Below are positions 26,681-35,457 of a stretch of 64,000 bases of DNA, in pieces. Position numbers and translations under genes: made by a program. Source of the stretch: an uncultured Bacteroidales bacterium. Its GTDB lineage: Bacteria > Bacteroidota > Bacteroidia > Bacteroidales > F082. Under the pieces are notes generated by a model. It saw only the letters and a list, made by a program, of their open reading frames with translations, did not search any database and was not told the origin of the DNA. How positions within the stretch are numbered: the first letter of the stretch is position 1; each line of letters opens with the position of its first letter. The stretch is from positions 23,108 through 87,107 of the forward strand of contig CAJOEP010000002.1 of NCBI GenBank assembly GCA_905233445.1, read 5' to 3'.

Positions 26681-27964
26681 ATGGCTGATAAGACGTATAA
26701 AATAATAGAACTATTTGCAGGAGTTGGAGGATTTAGAGTAGGTTTTGATAGAGTTAATGAAAACAACCCAAGTAAAGTCCCCTTTTATAGCACAATTTGG
26801 AGCAATCAATTTGAGCCTGCAACCACAACGCAACATGCATCAAGAACATATTGCCGAGTATTTGGCAGCGAGGGACATTCAAATTGTGATATTGCTTTAG
26901 TTGATAGTAAAGAAATACCGGTTCACGACATTCTTGTTGGCGGTTTCCCTTGTCAGGATTATTCAGTTGCTAGGAATTTGGGGCAAGCAGCAGGAATAGA
27001 AGGTAAAAAAGGTGTACTTTGGTGGCAAATTGTAAGGATTATCCGAGAAAAAGGAAATAAAGCTCCGCAAATTCTCTTCCTTGAAAATGTCGACCGACTT
27101 CTAGGTTCACCAGCCAAACAAAGAGGACGTGATTTTGCCATAATATTAGATTCGTTGAATGATTTAGGATATAAGGTTGAATGGAGAATTATCAATGCGG
27201 CAGAATATGGAATGCCTCAGAGACGAAGAAGGACTTATATTCTTGCTTATAGAAATGGAAGCAAAATCGCAGAAAAAATAGCAGACCCAACAGAATGGAT
27301 ATTCAACGATGGTGTTTTTGCGCAAGCTTTCCCAATATGTGATTACACTGGATTATTACCATTAGAACCAGTTCCGTTAAAAGAAAACAAAAATTGGGAT
27401 TTAGCAGATTTGTCTATAGAATTTAACAAAAAAGGTGGGAATTCACCATTCTTAAATGCAGGGTTAATGGTAGATGGGGTCTTTTATACTTATAAAACCA
27501 TACCATGCTATCATGGGGATTACACTACTCTTGGAGATATAATAGCTACTGGTAAAGACAGAGAATTAATCACAAAGGATTATTATATTTCTGATTCAGA
27601 CTTACCAAAATGGGAATATCTAAAAGGAGCAAAGCACGAGATAAGAAAGACTAAAGCTGGGTTCGAGTTTAATTATAACGAAGGAGGAATGGCTTTCCCA
27701 GACCCGCTAGACAGACCCTCAAGAACTATTATCACATCTGAAGGAGGGCCTACACCTTCTAGATTTAAGCACGTTATTATAGACCCAGTTACAGGGAAAT
27801 ATCGTCGTTTGATTCCGCTAGAACTTGAGAGACTAAATATGTTCCCGGATAATCATACAATAGGTGAAAACGACACAAAAAGAGCATTCTTTATGGGCAA
27901 TGCTTTAGTTTGTGGAGTGATTACTTGTGTTGCCGAAGAATTAAGGAGAAAATTGTTATTGTAA
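26681..27964 (+). CDS. dcm: DNA (cytosine-5)-methyltransferase
   Basis: Motif I ELFAGVGG, motif IV GGFPCQDYS, motif VI ENV, motif VIII QRRRRTYI and motif X GNALV. Confidence 0.9.
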   Translation: MADKTYKIIELFAGVGGFRVGFDRVNENNPSKVPFYSTIWSNQFEPATTTQHASRTYCRVFGSEGHSNCDIALVDSKEIPVHDILVGGFPCQDYSVARNLGQAAGIEGKKGVLWWQIVRIIREKGNKAPQILFLENVDRLLGSPAKQRGRDFAIILDSLNDLGYKVEWRIINAAEYGMPQRRRRTYILAYRNGSKIAEKIADPTEWIFNDGVFAQAFPICDYTGLLPLEPVPLKENKNWDLADLSIEFNKKGGNSPFLNAGLMVDGVFYTYKTIPCYHGDYTTLGDIIATGKDRELITKDYYISDSDLPKWEYLKGAKHEIRKTKAGFEFNYNEGGMAFPDPLDRPSRTIITSEGGPTPSRFKHVIIDPVTGKYRRLIPLELERLNMFPDNHTIGENDTKRAFFMGNALVCGVITCVAEELRRKLLL

Positions 27965-27970
27965 TACAAA

Positions 27971-27995
27971 GGCCCACCTTGCGATGGGCCTTTTT
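27971..27995. terminator. Hairpin plus T-run between convergent genes
   Basis: ggcccaccttgcgatgggcc followed by ttttt. Confidence 0.6.
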
Positions 27996-28001
27996 AATAT
28001 G

Positions 28002-28751
28002 TTAGTAAGAAGTTTTTAATTCAGGGAAAGCTTTAGTAATTTCATTTTTGGGAAGCGCCGACACGCCCATTGAGTACTTGTTGAGCATTTCAGCATAAGA
28101 CGACCTCCCTAATAAACAAGCCGCAAACCTAGCGTAAGTTAACATATTATTTTTTCGTCCAACATCTTCGGTTTGTTTTTTTCCACGAGTAATATATTTG
28201 ACATCTTCCTGCCAAGCAATCGCATCAATGTACATTAAGAAAACTTCTATAGGTATACCTGCATGTTCTTTAACATGTTCTTGTAAATATTTTAAAGCAT
28301 CTTTAGGTATTACATACCTATAATTTTTACCGTCATATACATGATCAACAAGAAAAGCATTTCTTACAAATATACATCCTAATATTAACAAAGATTCTTT
28401 ATCTCCTATGTTTTTCAAATGTTCTAAAAGTCTAAATACTGCTCTAAAACTAGCATCATAATCACATACTTTATCATTGTGAAAAATAGTTGGAGCCATG
28501 TCATTTTTATTAAATTTTGGACCTTTATTGTAATACTCCTTTCCATATTTTCCAAATTGTACAGAGTAATCTCCGCTTCCCCATATTTTTGTGTATATAA
28601 ACTCGCCTTTTGTGGTTTTTCCTGGATAGGAAATTGCTTCTTTAATTAACGCGTCTTTAATTTGTAGCTCTACATTCCTATATGTAGAGTTTCTATGCGC
28701 AATGGGACGATTGATTGCCAAAGAGTCAATTGCTTGTTCAAATGTTGTCAT
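28002..28751 (-). CDS. Hypothetical protein, candidate second subunit/partner of the restriction enzyme
   Basis: Lies 4 nt downstream of 28756-29382 and is convergent with the MTase. It has a possible D..EDVK motif. No confident family assignment. Confidence 0.5.
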   Translation of the reverse strand: MTTFEQAIDSLAINRPIAHRNSTYRNVELQIKDALIKEAISYPGKTTKGEFIYTKIWGSGDYSVQFGKYGKEYYNKGPKFNKNDMAPTIFHNDKVCDYDASFRAVFRLLEHLKNIGDKESLLILGCIFVRNAFLVDHVYDGKNYRYVIPKDALKYLQEHVKEHAGIPIEVFLMYIDAIAWQEDVKYITRGKKQTEDVGRKNNMLTYARFAACLLGRSSYAEMLNKYSMGVSALPKNEITKAFPELKTSY

Positions 28752-28755
28752 AGGC

Positions 28756-29382
28756 TTAAACGAAATAATGGAATTCACCCAATCGAATGTATTCTTCCTT
28801 GTTTAACAATATATTAACTGGTCTTTCTGCTAGGTTTTGTGTAAAAAAGAATCGATACGGCTTACCTGATGGAGCAATCATTTTTGTATTATTCACTCTC
28901 ATCTGCTGCGCTATGTTTAATAAACGGTTCTTATTGTAGCCCTCACTCTCAAAATATTCTTTTAATTTTGATTTGCTAATAAGTACACATTCTATTTCTG
29001 AGATATTATTTTCTTTTACTTGCCAAGGGTCAGTAACATTAGCCTTTATCCATTGCATAAGATAATAATCAGTTGATAAACTATCATTAACAAACCAACC
29101 TTCGCTATATTGAAAACCTTTATTCAGGAATGATATTTCCAATACGAAAGTTCTTAAATCCTTGTTGATGTAGTATATTGAAGCTTTCTCATCAACAATG
29201 GCATCGCTAATCTTTAAACCAGGAATGCTCACAATAATATCCGAACCGTCTATTTGGTTTTTAGCGGAATCCGTCCTTTCAGCTTTTGAAAACATATCTT
29301 TGCAATAGAGATGCTTGTCAAGATACCTTGCAAGTTCTCTTTCTGCTGCCATGTCTTTTGCTCGATACGTGTTGTAAGCCAT
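28756..29382 (-). CDS. Candidate type II restriction endonuclease (PD-(D/E)xK-like)
   Basis: GSDIIVSIPGLKISDAIVDEKAS fits a D-x(n)-(D/E)xK motif. Adjacent to the C5-MTase. ATG at 29382 (the ORF-track start is TTG). Confidence 0.5.
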   Translation of the reverse strand: MAYNTYRAKDMAAERELARYLDKHLYCKDMFSKAERTDSAKNQIDGSDIIVSIPGLKISDAIVDEKASIYYINKDLRTFVLEISFLNKGFQYSEGWFVNDSLSTDYYLMQWIKANVTDPWQVKENNISEIECVLISKSKLKEYFESEGYNKNRLLNIAQQMRVNNTKMIAPSGKPYRFFFTQNLAERPVNILLNKEEYIRLGEFHYFV

Positions 29383-29396
29383 ATCTCTATCTGGGC

Positions 29397-29625
29397 AAAA
29401 AAAAGCCCTCTGTTTTGATAAGAGGGCGCAATAGAGATTATCGGTATCAAGGCCTAGCAAAGCCTTCTTCAGTCAATAACCATACTATCCACGCCCTAAT
29501 TCTAGCGTGAATACCCTTAGATTTGGCTGAACTGAAGATTCGTTTACTTGCTAGTTTTGATACTCAGTCTGGTCAAGGATACTATTTTGTTTTACTCTTG
29601 CTCTATAATACCTTGTTAGGTTTTT
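29397..29625 (-). ncRNA. Candidate structured leader/sRNA ending in an intrinsic terminator just upstream of the restriction gene
   Basis: Minus-strand -7 box tatttttg (29633-29640). Nested stems at 29466-73/29531-38 and 29490-94/29505-09. Terminator gccctct-loop-agagggc plus U8 (29397-29427), 15 nt before the ATG. Confidence 0.4.
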
Positions 29626-29699
29626 ATCAATGCAAAAATACAAAATTTTAACATAAATTTCATTTTTATGCAAACTATGTTAAAAATTTTTTAACATTT

Positions 29700-29717
29700 C
29701 TTGCAAAATTTTGCAAG
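29700..29717. promoter_or_regulatory. Perfect 18-bp palindrome, candidate operator
   Basis: cttgcaaaattttgcaag. A second near-palindrome atgttaaaaattttttaacat lies at 29677-29697. Confidence 0.45.
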
Positions 29718-29825
29718 TTATGTTAACAAAATTTAACAATTAAATCATTGACAGATAAGGTTTTATGATGTAATTTTGCAAACAGGTAACAAATCATTAT
29801 TTAGTAACCTTTAAACGTCATAAAA

Positions 29826-30086
29826 ATGGAAATAACTAATAGTTTACCGGAATTCATTAGCGGAATTCCAACAGCAAAAAATCAAAGTAGAGAAAGAAGA
29901 AGTCTCATTGCAAAGTATTATGAAAACCTTTGGAAAAAACTACAACGTGGAGGCCGTAAAAACATGATTTACAATGAGTATTTAGGTGTTAATGTTTATA
30001 TTGTTGAAAACGAAAGTGATAAAAAGACAATTAAAGCAAATGACAAACACGTACAATACTGTGTCAATAAAATCGAGGTAAAATAA
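29826..30086 (+). CDS. Hypothetical 86-aa protein
   Basis: ORF preceded by a taattttg box (29769-29776) and followed by an imperfect hairpin (about 30092-30148). Confidence 0.4.
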   Translation: MEITNSLPEFISGIPTAKNQSRERRSLIAKYYENLWKKLQRGGRKNMIYNEYLGVNVYIVENESDKKTIKANDKHVQYCVNKIEVK

Positions 30087-30190
30087 AAAAGTCGACCGTA
30101 CCAAGCAATTACCCCAATGGGGAACCACGTACGGAATCGACCTTTTCAAATTGCAAAAATACAACATTTTTTTTGATTGTCAAGAACTTT

Positions 30191-30334
30191 TTAAAAAAAA
30201 GTGGTTAGCCTCACAATCTTCTCCTCCATCGTGCTGTAGCTCCACTCACAGCACAAATCATCCCAATACTCCCTGTTTTGGAGTATCTTTTCATATTCCG
30301 ATAACGGCTCATCAAATGGTTTTAAATATTTCAT
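30191..30334 (-). CDS. Hypothetical 47-aa ORF downstream of the 493-aa gene
   Basis: MKYLKPFDEPLSEYEKILQNREYWDDLCCEWSYSTMEEKIVRLTTFF. Below the ORF-track size cut-off. Confidence 0.25.
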   Translation of the reverse strand: MKYLKPFDEPLSEYEKILQNREYWDDLCCEWSYSTMEEKIVRLTTFF

Positions 30335-30366
30335 GTTTCTATGTTTTTAATTGTTTCTATTCACCT

Positions 30367-31848
30367 TTATATCTCCAAAGCATCCTTCAGTTTCTTCACC
30401 ATCTCTCCAGCCCTCCATTCAATAAAATCTTTGCAAATCTCCATGTATTTTTCAAGTATTCCAAAATAAACCGATGCCGGAGTAGTGTTAAAATTAAATG
30501 GCACTGCCTCAAATATCTGCTGCACCTCACCATCACCCGCAAAATAGTCCAGCATCATATCGCTTAGCAACCGCATATACTCGCCATGAATATATTTTTT
30601 CAGAAAAACATCCTTGTCTCTCGGCTCATATTTATAATCCCTAAGGGCATTGCACAAATTGGTCAATGTCCTGTCAAAATAATATCTGTTTTTCTTATAT
30701 GTTATAAAGTATTCAGGATCAAACCATAGGTTGCCTATCGTGTTGCACAGCTTTGCGCACTCTCTCACCTGCTGCTTCTGCTCTTCTGTAAACTGGTATT
30801 TGTGAAACATCAAATAATCGTCATCTTCCACGTCAATTCTCGTTCCCCAAAAACTTTCATGCATAATTTGCATATTTCTCACCATCATCCTGCCATGTCC
30901 ATCAATAAGCTGCTTCCCAAATACATCTCCCATGGCAACTGCGCATACCGCATCCGCCAGTTTGTCGTAGTCTTTATCTTCTTTCAAAGTGCGCAAATCT
31001 AAAGTCTTCAGTTTGTCAATATCCCAATCCAGCTTCTCCATCACAAACTTCTTCAGCAGATCCTTGTGTTCCTTCAATGGATTGGCCTTGCGCATTTGTT
31101 CCCTCCAGTATTCCATTCGCTGTCGCTCATAAACCGATGGCTCGCTGGCTTTTTTCTTCTTGTATTCACATTTGCCGCTGAAAATCCTGTCTCTAAACGA
31201 TTCCATAAACAACTTTCCGCATCCATGCCCTTCAATGTCAATTCCCCTGCTGAATATGCAACCGTCACATATCGTATAGGCTGTTCCATTCCACAATTCA
31301 TCCAACGTCACATCAAACTCCACCCTCGTAAAGTCAACCAATCTGGCTATTGCATAACCCACACGTCCCTCTCTTTTTATTTTAAGCCGCTCATCGCTCC
31401 CCTTAACCCAAGTTATATCATCATACTGAATCTTCAGTCCTGTCCTGCCACCAACATGCAGCATTCCCTTAAGATATCTGGTCGGATGGTCATCCGTCTT
31501 GCGTATTGTGTTCCCTACTATCAGATATCCGTTTTTATATTCGTAAAAACTATCAAAATTCTCGGCAAATATCAGTTTCCCGTCACTCCTTATCACGTTC
31601 TTTTTAAGTCCGGGAGTAACGTCAACCAAATATAAATCATAATCCAGTCGTTGAATAAACCAGTATTTAAACCCTGTCAGTTCCTGCTCCTGCTCATCAA
31701 CCAGTCCCCAGCCACCTTCATCTGGTTTATGATTTGCGTTAAATCTAATAGCAACCCCATCCACAAAGTCATATATGCTTTGTTTCAACGACGTGCTTGC
31801 AATTATTTTGCCGTCAGCTATTTGAGTAGGTTTTACTTCAGATTCCAT
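30367..31848 (-). CDS. Hypothetical 493-aa protein: WG-repeat-like N-terminus, Cys/His cluster, helical C-terminal domain
   Basis: EGGWGLVDEQ and YEYKNGYLIVG resemble WG/KWG repeats. CDGC..HGCG..C is a possible Zn site. Overlaps the SIMPL gene by 16 nt. Confidence 0.6.
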   Translation of the reverse strand: MESEVKPTQIADGKIIASTSLKQSIYDFVDGVAIRFNANHKPDEGGWGLVDEQEQELTGFKYWFIQRLDYDLYLVDVTPGLKKNVIRSDGKLIFAENFDSFYEYKNGYLIVGNTIRKTDDHPTRYLKGMLHVGGRTGLKIQYDDITWVKGSDERLKIKREGRVGYAIARLVDFTRVEFDVTLDELWNGTAYTICDGCIFSRGIDIEGHGCGKLFMESFRDRIFSGKCEYKKKKASEPSVYERQRMEYWREQMRKANPLKEHKDLLKKFVMEKLDWDIDKLKTLDLRTLKEDKDYDKLADAVCAVAMGDVFGKQLIDGHGRMMVRNMQIMHESFWGTRIDVEDDDYLMFHKYQFTEEQKQQVRECAKLCNTIGNLWFDPEYFITYKKNRYYFDRTLTNLCNALRDYKYEPRDKDVFLKKYIHGEYMRLLSDMMLDYFAGDGEVQQIFEAVPFNFNTTPASVYFGILEKYMEICKDFIEWRAGEMVKKLKDALEI

Positions 31849-32492
31849 TCCACTTCAACATTATCCGAAATCCCCAAATCATCTGGAGTAATCTCTAAGC
31901 TTCCAGGCGTGCTGGCACTAGCTTCCTCGTTGTTATAAATCTTTCTGGCCTCTGAAAACACTTCAACGTGCATCTCTCCATAAACAATCGACTTCACTTC
32001 TCCCAATTCCTTTCCCAAAGCTTTAGCCATTATCTGAGCCTTTTCCTTTGCATCCGTCACAGCCCTTTCAAGCATCTTCAACTGCGTCGGTCTCGGGTCT
32101 CTCTGCGTATGTCCAATATTGATTTGTGCTTCAGCTATAAATTTGCCAACACCTTTTACAATATTGTTCACCAACACATTATCCATTCCAACATCCACCT
32201 TAATTCTCTGGTGTAGCGAATAGCCCTCTTTCTTGTATCCAATATGGTTGCCGTTCTTGTCATACTTGCTTACCATATTGTCGCTGATGTCTAGGAAGAT
32301 TGTCTTGGCCAGTTTGCCCGGCTGCTTGTTATACTCCAAAATCTTCACCATCCATGCGCTGTTCTCTTTCACGCATTCGTATGCTTCATCGTATGTTTTG
32401 AAAATACGACGCACTTCCACGTCCAAACGTGTCACATCAGGCACCACATGCACGCTGCCTGTTCCTGTCACTCTAATAGTTGATGCTTCCAT
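31833..32492 (-). CDS. SIMPL/DUF541-domain protein (no signal peptide)
   Basis: The N-terminus IRVTGTGSVHVVPDVTRLDVEV and overall length are typical of SIMPL proteins. Confidence 0.7.
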   Translation of the reverse strand: MEASTIRVTGTGSVHVVPDVTRLDVEVRRIFKTYDEAYECVKENSAWMVKILEYNKQPGKLAKTIFLDISDNMVSKYDKNGNHIGYKKEGYSLHQRIKVDVGMDNVLVNNIVKGVGKFIAEAQINIGHTQRDPRPTQLKMLERAVTDAKEKAQIMAKALGKELGEVKSIVYGEMHVEVFSEARKIYNNEEASASTPGSLEITPDDLGISDNVEVEWNLK

Positions 32493-32515
32493 TTTAACTT
32501 GTTTTTTGTTTTACA

Positions 32516-32575
32516 CCTGCAAAAATAATAAATTACTGCACCAAAATCTGGTACACCTATATAATAAATGAAATA
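32516..32575 (+). repeat. Partial copy (3' ~60 nt) of the ~170-nt island repeat
   Basis: cctgcaaaaataataaattactgcaccaaaatctggtacacc matches the ends of 32911-33080 and 34274-34440. Confidence 0.7.
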
Positions 32576-32620
32576 AACTGAAAAATTCACGAGTACTCCT
32601 AGTGCTCCGAGTACTCCGAT

Positions 32621-32845
32621 CTATTGGCTCATAACAAAAATAAAACCTATCACCAAAACCAGCACACCATACAGCACCCCCACCGTCCACGCCACCCAAG
32701 GCCTCTCTTTCCTCTCCGAATAAGCATAAATAAAGGGAGCAAACGGCAACAACGGAATAATCCACCACTTGTGAAAACCATCCCATACAAGCCCCACCAA
32801 GCTCGCCAACACATAAAACACCGCTATAACACTCAATATCTCCAT
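32621..32845 (-). CDS. Small membrane protein (74 aa, 2-3 TM)
   Basis: Hydrophobic ORF MEILSVIAVFYVLASLVGLVW.... First gene of the minus-strand cluster. Confidence 0.5.
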   Translation of the reverse strand: MEILSVIAVFYVLASLVGLVWDGFHKWWIIPLLPFAPFIYAYSERKERPWVAWTVGVLYGVLVLVIGFIFVMSQ

Positions 32846-32910
32846 TTTTTCTCACTCTACAGTGACCACGTTTTATCTTGCAAAAGTATAAAACTTTTTA
32901 ATCCCTTTTA

Positions 32911-33080
32911 AAAAGGCGGTAAGCTTGTGCGAAACAGTGACCACAGTTTCTGAGTCTCTTATAACCGCCCCCGGTGCACCGCCCAATACAACACCAGCTT
33001 TGTTTTTCTGGTCGCGCACAAGCTCCGCTGCAAAATTACAACATCCCCTGCACCAAATTCCGGTACACTAATAAAAAATC
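32911..33080 (+). repeat. ~170-nt island repeat, copy 1
   Basis: Aligns end to end with 34274-34440. An internal long-range inverted repeat pairs aagcttgtgcg (32921-31) with cgcacaagct (33015-24). Confidence 0.8.
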
Positions 33081-33159
33081 TCAAAAAAGTTTATTAAGCT
33101 TGTTTATTTCTATCCTTTCACTATCTTTGCACCGTAATTGCATTGAATTGTATTTGTTT

Positions 33160-34053
33160 ATGGAAAAAGTTGTGCTAACCGGTGTCATTGGTTTTGAAGA
33201 TCTGCCTCAATATGACGATTTAGTCCTGCAGCCAGATGTCAAACAAATTGACATAAGCGATTTTTCCATAAAAGAATCAGAGGAAGACAATTGGCGTTAC
33301 ACCTACCTTTGGGAAGAAACAAAACCTTCATTATTGGCAACTCTTGTAATGAACAAAGATTTCTCTTCCATATTTGTCATAGACGGTAGCAACGTTTATT
33401 CAGCCGACAAGAAAACGATAGTTTACTCTTTCAACGAAAACGCAATAAACATTCCAGAAGGCACTGAAAACATTGGCATGTATGCCTTTTGCAATAACAA
33501 GACAAAAAAGGTCAATATTCCCGATGGTGTAAAATCAATCGGTGAATTAGCCTTTTACATGTGCGAAAATCTTATTTCAATTGATATTCCCGATTCAGTT
33601 GAAACGCTGGGTGTTGCAGCATTCTCAATGTGCAATTTGGAAAAAGTAAAGCTGTCAAATAATCTTAAGGAAATTCCAAATGGATGTTTCGAATACAACA
33701 ATATAGAGGAAATAACAATACCATCATCAGTTAAACGAATTGGTTCAGAATCATTTCATTGCAATTTTTTAAACAAGGTCATACTTCCAGAAGGTGTCGA
33801 GTCTATAGGATGGAATGTTTTTACGCATTGCAACGACTATATCTATTTCCCATCAACCATGCGTGAAATAGAAAAAGATTTCTTCTATGAAGACCCTATT
33901 GATGACCCTGAAGATTGTGTGCCGTTCATTGAAGTCAGCGCAAACAACCAGATATTTTTCAGCAAAGAAGGAACCTTATATAAATACAACAACCCCGATG
34001 AACCATATTTGGGATATCCATTCAAGCCCAAAGACAAGCTCACACACAGATAA
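33160..34053 (+). CDS. Leucine-rich-repeat protein (BspA-type LRR_5), no signal peptide
   Basis: Repeats IPDGVKSIGELAF, IPDSVETLGVAAF, IPSSVKRIGSESF and LPEGVESIGWNVF. ATG at 33160 after a tatctttg box. Confidence 0.8.
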   Translation: MEKVVLTGVIGFEDLPQYDDLVLQPDVKQIDISDFSIKESEEDNWRYTYLWEETKPSLLATLVMNKDFSSIFVIDGSNVYSADKKTIVYSFNENAINIPEGTENIGMYAFCNNKTKKVNIPDGVKSIGELAFYMCENLISIDIPDSVETLGVAAFSMCNLEKVKLSNNLKEIPNGCFEYNNIEEITIPSSVKRIGSESFHCNFLNKVILPEGVESIGWNVFTHCNDYIYFPSTMREIEKDFFYEDPIDDPEDCVPFIEVSANNQIFFSKEGTLYKYNNPDEPYLGYPFKPKDKLTHR

Positions 34054-34064
34054 TACGATCAAGC

Positions 34065-34235
34065 CTACAAATACAAACTCTCAATAATCTCCTTCGGATA
34101 CCCAGCCGAAATATCCTCTTTCCCAAACAACATCCGAATCATACTTACAACAAAAGAAATATACAAGACAATTACACCAAAGCACAAGCATATCCAAGCA
34201 ATAACAAACACAACCGTTACAATAACATAAACCAT
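34065..34235 (-). CDS. Hypothetical 56-aa membrane peptide
   Basis: MVYVIVTVVFVIAWICLCFGVIVLYISFVVSMIRMLFGKEDISAGYPKEIIESLYL. Below the ORF-track cut-off. Confidence 0.3.
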   Translation of the reverse strand: MVYVIVTVVFVIAWICLCFGVIVLYISFVVSMIRMLFGKEDISAGYPKEIIESLYL

Positions 34236-34273
34236 AAATCTATATTTATTTTATAATCCTATTTATCTTATCC

Positions 34274-34440
34274 CCAAAGACGGTAAACTTATGCAAAAAT
34301 AGACACTCCTTGGCATCACGAGTTTACTCCCCAATGCACCGTCAATTGACATTGGCTTCACTTAGCATCTCGCACAAGCTCCATTGCAAAAATATAATCT
34401 CCCTGCACCAAATTTCGGTACACCAATTAAAAAAATGAAA
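34274..34440 (+). repeat. ~170-nt island repeat, copy 2
   Basis: gacggtaaacttatgcaaaaa ... tcgcacaagctccattgcaaaaatataatctccctgcaccaaatttcggtacacc. Confidence 0.8.
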
Positions 34441-34466
34441 AAATCTGAAATAACCAAGTAGTCCTA

Positions 34467-35348
34467 TCAAATGGCTTCTCTATGAAGTTCCTCCACACGT
34501 TGAGCCATCTCTTCAGGCTCAATCACCTTCACCCATTTCCCTCTCGACAGCAATTGCGCCAGAAAATCACTCGTAGGCCTCAACCTCAGCTCATAATCAA
34601 TATAATCTTCAGCCTCATTTATCATCTTTTGTGAATGGTGCAGCGGCAAATCTCTCATCGAGAATCTCTCCTTTCCGTAAGCCCTCAGCACTATCCTCTG
34701 CATCGGCACTCTGTCGTCCGACATCACTCCGAAATACTCCGAGAAGTAAGCCTCAGCATCAAACTTGGGGTCAATTGTAAACGACTTTTCCGTTATCTCA
34801 AATGAGTTCATTCTGTCAAAGCTCAGCACCATATAACCCTTCTCGTTGTGGCAGAGCAAATACCATCTCCTGCGGAACAGCTTTATGCAATATGGCTCAA
34901 CCACCCATTCCGAATCCTCGTTATGCCCATATCGTCTGTACCTTATTTTTACGATCACGCTCCGCTGCATGGCCTCCACCACCTGGCGCAAAATCTCCCC
35001 TTCTGTCGGGATGCTCTCAAGCAAAATTCTGTCATGAAGTCCTCTGGCTTCGCCAACGATATTGCTCACCGTCAAAGTCGAAAGCATCCATTGTTGTACT
35101 GTATCGCTTCGAAGCAAGTCATCGTCAACTATATAATAACAATTATCCCCGTCACATCCTATAGTCACACCGAATATCTCTTCAACTTCAGCCCTGTGGC
35201 GGTTAAAAGTCGTTCTGCTCAATGGCACACCCTCACTCAAATAAGTATGCAGCCATCTGTCGTTAAGCTCCGCCAGTGTAATCCTTTTCGCCCTTCTGAT
35301 GGTATCCACCATCCACACATATTTTTTAAAAAGAGAAGATGCTTTCAT
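34467..35348 (-). CDS. WYL-domain transcriptional regulator (wHTH-WYL)
   Basis: N-terminal HTH-like region, a literal RRWYLLCHNEKGYMVLSFDRM WYL core, and a length of 293 aa. Confidence 0.75.
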   Translation of the reverse strand: MKASSLFKKYVWMVDTIRRAKRITLAELNDRWLHTYLSEGVPLSRTTFNRHRAEVEEIFGVTIGCDGDNCYYIVDDDLLRSDTVQQWMLSTLTVSNIVGEARGLHDRILLESIPTEGEILRQVVEAMQRSVIVKIRYRRYGHNEDSEWVVEPYCIKLFRRRWYLLCHNEKGYMVLSFDRMNSFEITEKSFTIDPKFDAEAYFSEYFGVMSDDRVPMQRIVLRAYGKERFSMRDLPLHHSQKMINEAEDYIDYELRLRPTSDFLAQLLSRGKWVKVIEPEEMAQRVEELHREAI

Positions 35349-35457
35349 CTGATATACTATTTACGACCTTACAAAATTACAAAATATTTTGTAACATTTT
35401 TTCTTTTCCCATACTTTATTATTTATTACCTTTGTCCCAACAAAAAATTAGTAGAAT

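Noticed and set aside
30151-30567. 138-aa plus-strand ORF overlapping the 3' end of the 493-aa gene.
   Set aside because: It is low-complexity (Ser/Pro/His/Phe-rich), overlaps a much better minus-strand gene, and has no promoter box.
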